From IMG/VR virus record IMGVR_UViG_3300046167_000798: a DNA stretch of 64,000 nucleotides, one strand, 5' to 3'. A model generated the notes under the pieces. That model saw nothing but the letters and a program-made list of their open reading frames with translations, searched no databases and was not told the origin of the DNA. The position numbers and the translations under genes are program-made. Positions 61,567-64,000 of this stretch are shown one piece after another. Positions within the stretch are counted from its first letter, which is position 1. Each line of letters starts with the position of its first letter. The stretch comes from a virus. Taxonomy: Duplodnaviria; Caudoviricetes.

Positions 61567-63034
61567 CTATTGTGAATTATTAGGATTATATACACCATCT
61601 TCAAAGTGTGTAATTTCACCTGATTTCATTGGTACATCGGGTATTGTTTGGTCAACATCTATTCCTTGATACCAAACTGCTAGTTCTGGAAATGTTTTAC
61701 AAAAATCCTTACCTCTTCGTTTATCATATTGTTCATAGAATGATTTGAAATCATGAAAGTGAGTATCGTTCTCATCTTCAGTAGTAACATGACCTGTTTT
61801 AACTACTTCTATATAATCTACCAATCTTTCTATTTGTGCAATTTCACCCTCACTAAATAATTCGTAAAAATCTTTATCTTGTTTTCTTGTTTCAAACCAC
61901 TTTGATAGTTTTTTGTGTAAAAATACTTTTACATCAGTTGGTAAAGATAATGGAGACATAAATGCAGGCCATCTTAAGATATTAAAATCAACATTAGGTC
62001 TATTTGGTCCATATTTTCTTTTTAACACAATCATATCATCTAAGAATTCATCTATTGAGAATAAACATAGTGAGTTAATTGTCATCATTACTGTTAAAGA
62101 ACGAAATATATCTTTATTTACCCCTTCAAGAAACGCAACCATATGACTTCTCCATTCAGGATAAATCAACCCATCTCTAATATAATCAGCATGAGGCCCA
62201 TAAGCTTCATTTGAAGTATATAAATCAAATTCTTTAATTGGTAATTCATAAGAAGCATCAATTAATCTTTGGATTCTTTTAAAGTTACCACCTAAGTTAG
62301 AATTTACAGCCAATCTAAGTTTATCAGAAGGATATCCTTTCATTTTATCTAAGAAACTCCAAAAGTTTGGAGATGCACAAGGTTCACCACCTGTAATTCT
62401 TATTTCTTCCAATCCTCCTTCAATCAAATCAGGCCACCACTTTAGAAATGCCTCTACATAAGGATTTTGTTCGAGGTATTTACCATTTGCATCCGCCCAT
62501 GAACCATTGTTTTGATATGCACCAGCTGATACTGATTTAAACTTTTGATAAGGTCCGAACTTATCAATATCTTTACCCCAAGTAGTGGAGTATCCAGCAT
62601 TACAATAAGAACACGCAAAATTACAAACTCTATCAAATGAAGCTTCTATTGTTTTTGGAATAATATCAACATCTGCTCCTAGTTCTTTAATCTTTGCAAT
62701 ATCTTCTTCTTTATAGATTTTAGATTTGTAAACCCTATCACCAATATTATCTCTACCAATATCTTCAATCTTCCAACAATAAGAACATTCAGCAGGTCGT
62801 GTTCCTTCCAACATCATTTTTCTCTGTCTTTTAGAGAAGTCTGTATTATGTAGTTCTTGTGGTCTATCTTTTAACTTTTCTGCATCGATTGGATGTGGTA
62901 AAGGTAAATGACATGAGTTCTTAAAACCCATGACCTAAGTGTAACGATACATTGTACCATTTAGCTGCACAAAAACTTGGTGATATACTGTTGAGATTTT
63001 TATCTCTCCATTTTCTTAAATTATCTGTTGACAT
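61567..63034 (-). CDS. Radical SAM enzyme with N-terminal Cys/His (twitch-like) extension (~488 aa, one frameshift)
   Basis: CNFACSYC, GGEP; removing one base at 62923-6 extends to MSTDNLRKW...FCAAKWYNVSLHLGHGFKNSCH. Confidence 0.85.
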
Positions 63035-63050
63035 ATATTATTGTATAAAT

Positions 63051-63782
63051 TCAGTTGGTGTCTTTTCTAAAAAATATGTATTTTCCTGAATTATCGAAAA
63101 TTATATCTTTATTGTTCTTATCTAATGTATAATTAAATATTATATTTTTATATTCCGGTAACTTGTTTAAATCAGTTACTTCTGTATTTTTTATTTTTTT
63201 AATAGTTTCGATATCTATGATATCTTCTACAAAGAATAATGAATTTAAATGATACGAGCCATGATATCTATGTTCGGGTACTTGTGTACCTGGATTTCCA
63301 CTTCCTATCAATAACCCCTCTTCTCTATAATCATCTATTAGATTTTTATCAAAATCTTTATCACTATTTCTTTCCCAATTAAAATAACAAATGAATTCAT
63401 CATCATTTCTTACTATGGTTACATTATTATATTCCTTTAATTGCTCATAGTTTATATTATAAAAAGGAACATAATGAAATTCATCACCAGCTACTTTTGT
63501 AGTTGCTTCTGACCAGAATTCTAAAGCAAGTGCATCTGCTTCTGTATTATAGGTTAACCCAAAGTTCTTTCCTGGCTTACCAAAGATACAAAAAATTTTA
63601 TCACTTTCCAAATTTTTATCCAATTTAAATTCAATATTTATTGCATATTGTTTTTGATGGAATAAATTTTTTATTTTTTCTGATTCTATTTTATTAAATT
63701 CAGTTACATATTGGTCATCTTTATGGTCAGATAAATCCCACTCATATTTAACCCAATATGGTTCTTTATAGTTTATAATCAT
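63051..63782 (-). CDS. LamG/concanavalin-like jelly-roll protein
   Basis: Beta-strand pattern with LLIG.G...YHG and C-term DNSG; resemblance by eye. Confidence 0.4.
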   Translation of the reverse strand: MIINYKEPYWVKYEWDLSDHKDDQYVTEFNKIESEKIKNLFHQKQYAINIEFKLDKNLESDKIFCIFGKPGKNFGLTYNTEADALALEFWSEATTKVAGDEFHYVPFYNINYEQLKEYNNVTIVRNDDEFICYFNWERNSDKDFDKNLIDDYREEGLLIGSGNPGTQVPEHRYHGSYHLNSLFFVEDIIDIETIKKIKNTEVTDLNKLPEYKNIIFNYTLDKNNKDIIFDNSGKYIFFRKDTN

Positions 63783-64000
63783 TTTAATTCATTTATAAAT
63801 TTTCTTAATTCAGGAAATGTTTCATAACAATCCAAATCTCTTCTTTTTTTGTAATCACTAATATAGTGTTTAAATTTTTTCTTTCCTATATCAAATGTAA
63901 TATCTGATTTATTATCTTCTATGAACATATCCTTTATTCTTGATATCTTTTCAATTTCTTTTAATGAAAATCCAGTATCACCTATTTCTTGCATATCATA
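63779..64000 (-). CDS. C-terminal end of a second radical SAM paralog (partial)
   Basis: KRRDLDCYETFPEL matches DKRRGKDFCKTFPEL near the end of the 61567 enzyme. Confidence 0.55.
   Translation of the reverse strand, partial: YDMQEIGDTGFSLKEIEKISRIKDMFIEDNKSDITFDIGKKKFKHYISDYKKRRDLDCYETFPELRKFINELK

Noticed and set aside
252-62636. Plus-strand ORFs in the track and short nested minus-strand ORFs (e.g. 16567-16947, 9497-9871, 37188-37628, 16515-16742)
   Set aside because: All overlap longer motif-bearing minus-strand genes and show antisense or shifted-frame composition; no independent RBS or motifs.
1-64000. Stop-codon reassignment (TAG or TGA read-through)
   Set aside because: Breaks are frame changes, not in-frame stops; long genes translate cleanly in code 11 and TAG/TGA end some genes normally.
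35100-64000. Bacterial O-antigen/capsule locus or chimeric join
   Set aside because: No transport, polymerase or initiating transferase genes; same strand as and seamless with the phage module; shares the TATTTATA motif. Read support should still be checked.
1-64000. Giant eukaryotic virus (NCLDV) origin
   Set aside because: Terminase, portal, protease, scaffold and capsid are T4-like, and genes are in overlapping operons with SD motifs.
1-64000. tRNA, rRNA, integrase or transposase genes
   Set aside because: No intergenic gap shows a cloverleaf or rRNA motif, and no recombinase or transposase motifs were seen.

Overview
One continuous, AT-rich, minus-strand stretch of a large T4-like (myovirus-type) phage genome, most likely infecting Bacteroidota (inference from the bS21 gene inside the head module). 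Read in transcription order (right to left): (1) a ~29 kb nucleotide-sugar/glycan locus (35.1-64 kb) with radical SAM enzymes, a DegT aminotransferase, an amidinotransferase, Ugd, Gmd, Fcl/GME-like epimerases, RmlC, an HldE-type kinase, a split TPP enzyme, two SGNH proteins and seven paralogous GT10-like putative glycosyltransferases, but no membrane transport genes; (2) a ~1620 aa multi-enzyme protein (cytidylyltransferase-like + HD + CCA-adding + RNA-ligase-like); (3) the head module (terminase, portal, prohead protease, scaffold, major capsid) interleaved with about ten genes that look like protease-processed internal head proteins, plus ribosomal protein bS21; (4) neck/tail-completion genes and large Ser/Gly-rich fibre-like genes. 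About ten genes, including the major capsid gene, are broken by single-base indels in short runs, most likely assembly errors; merged coordinates are given. Top leads: a late-expressed, probably capsid-packaged tRNA-repair polyprotein; a family of modular head cargo proteins with ES[VI]NE linkers; a sharp Shine-Dalgarno split between morphogenesis genes (SD present) and glycan genes (SD absent) next to a phage bS21; and a soluble glycan assembly line that may build guanidino and branched-chain sugars. All functional calls come from motif recognition by eye; no database search was run.
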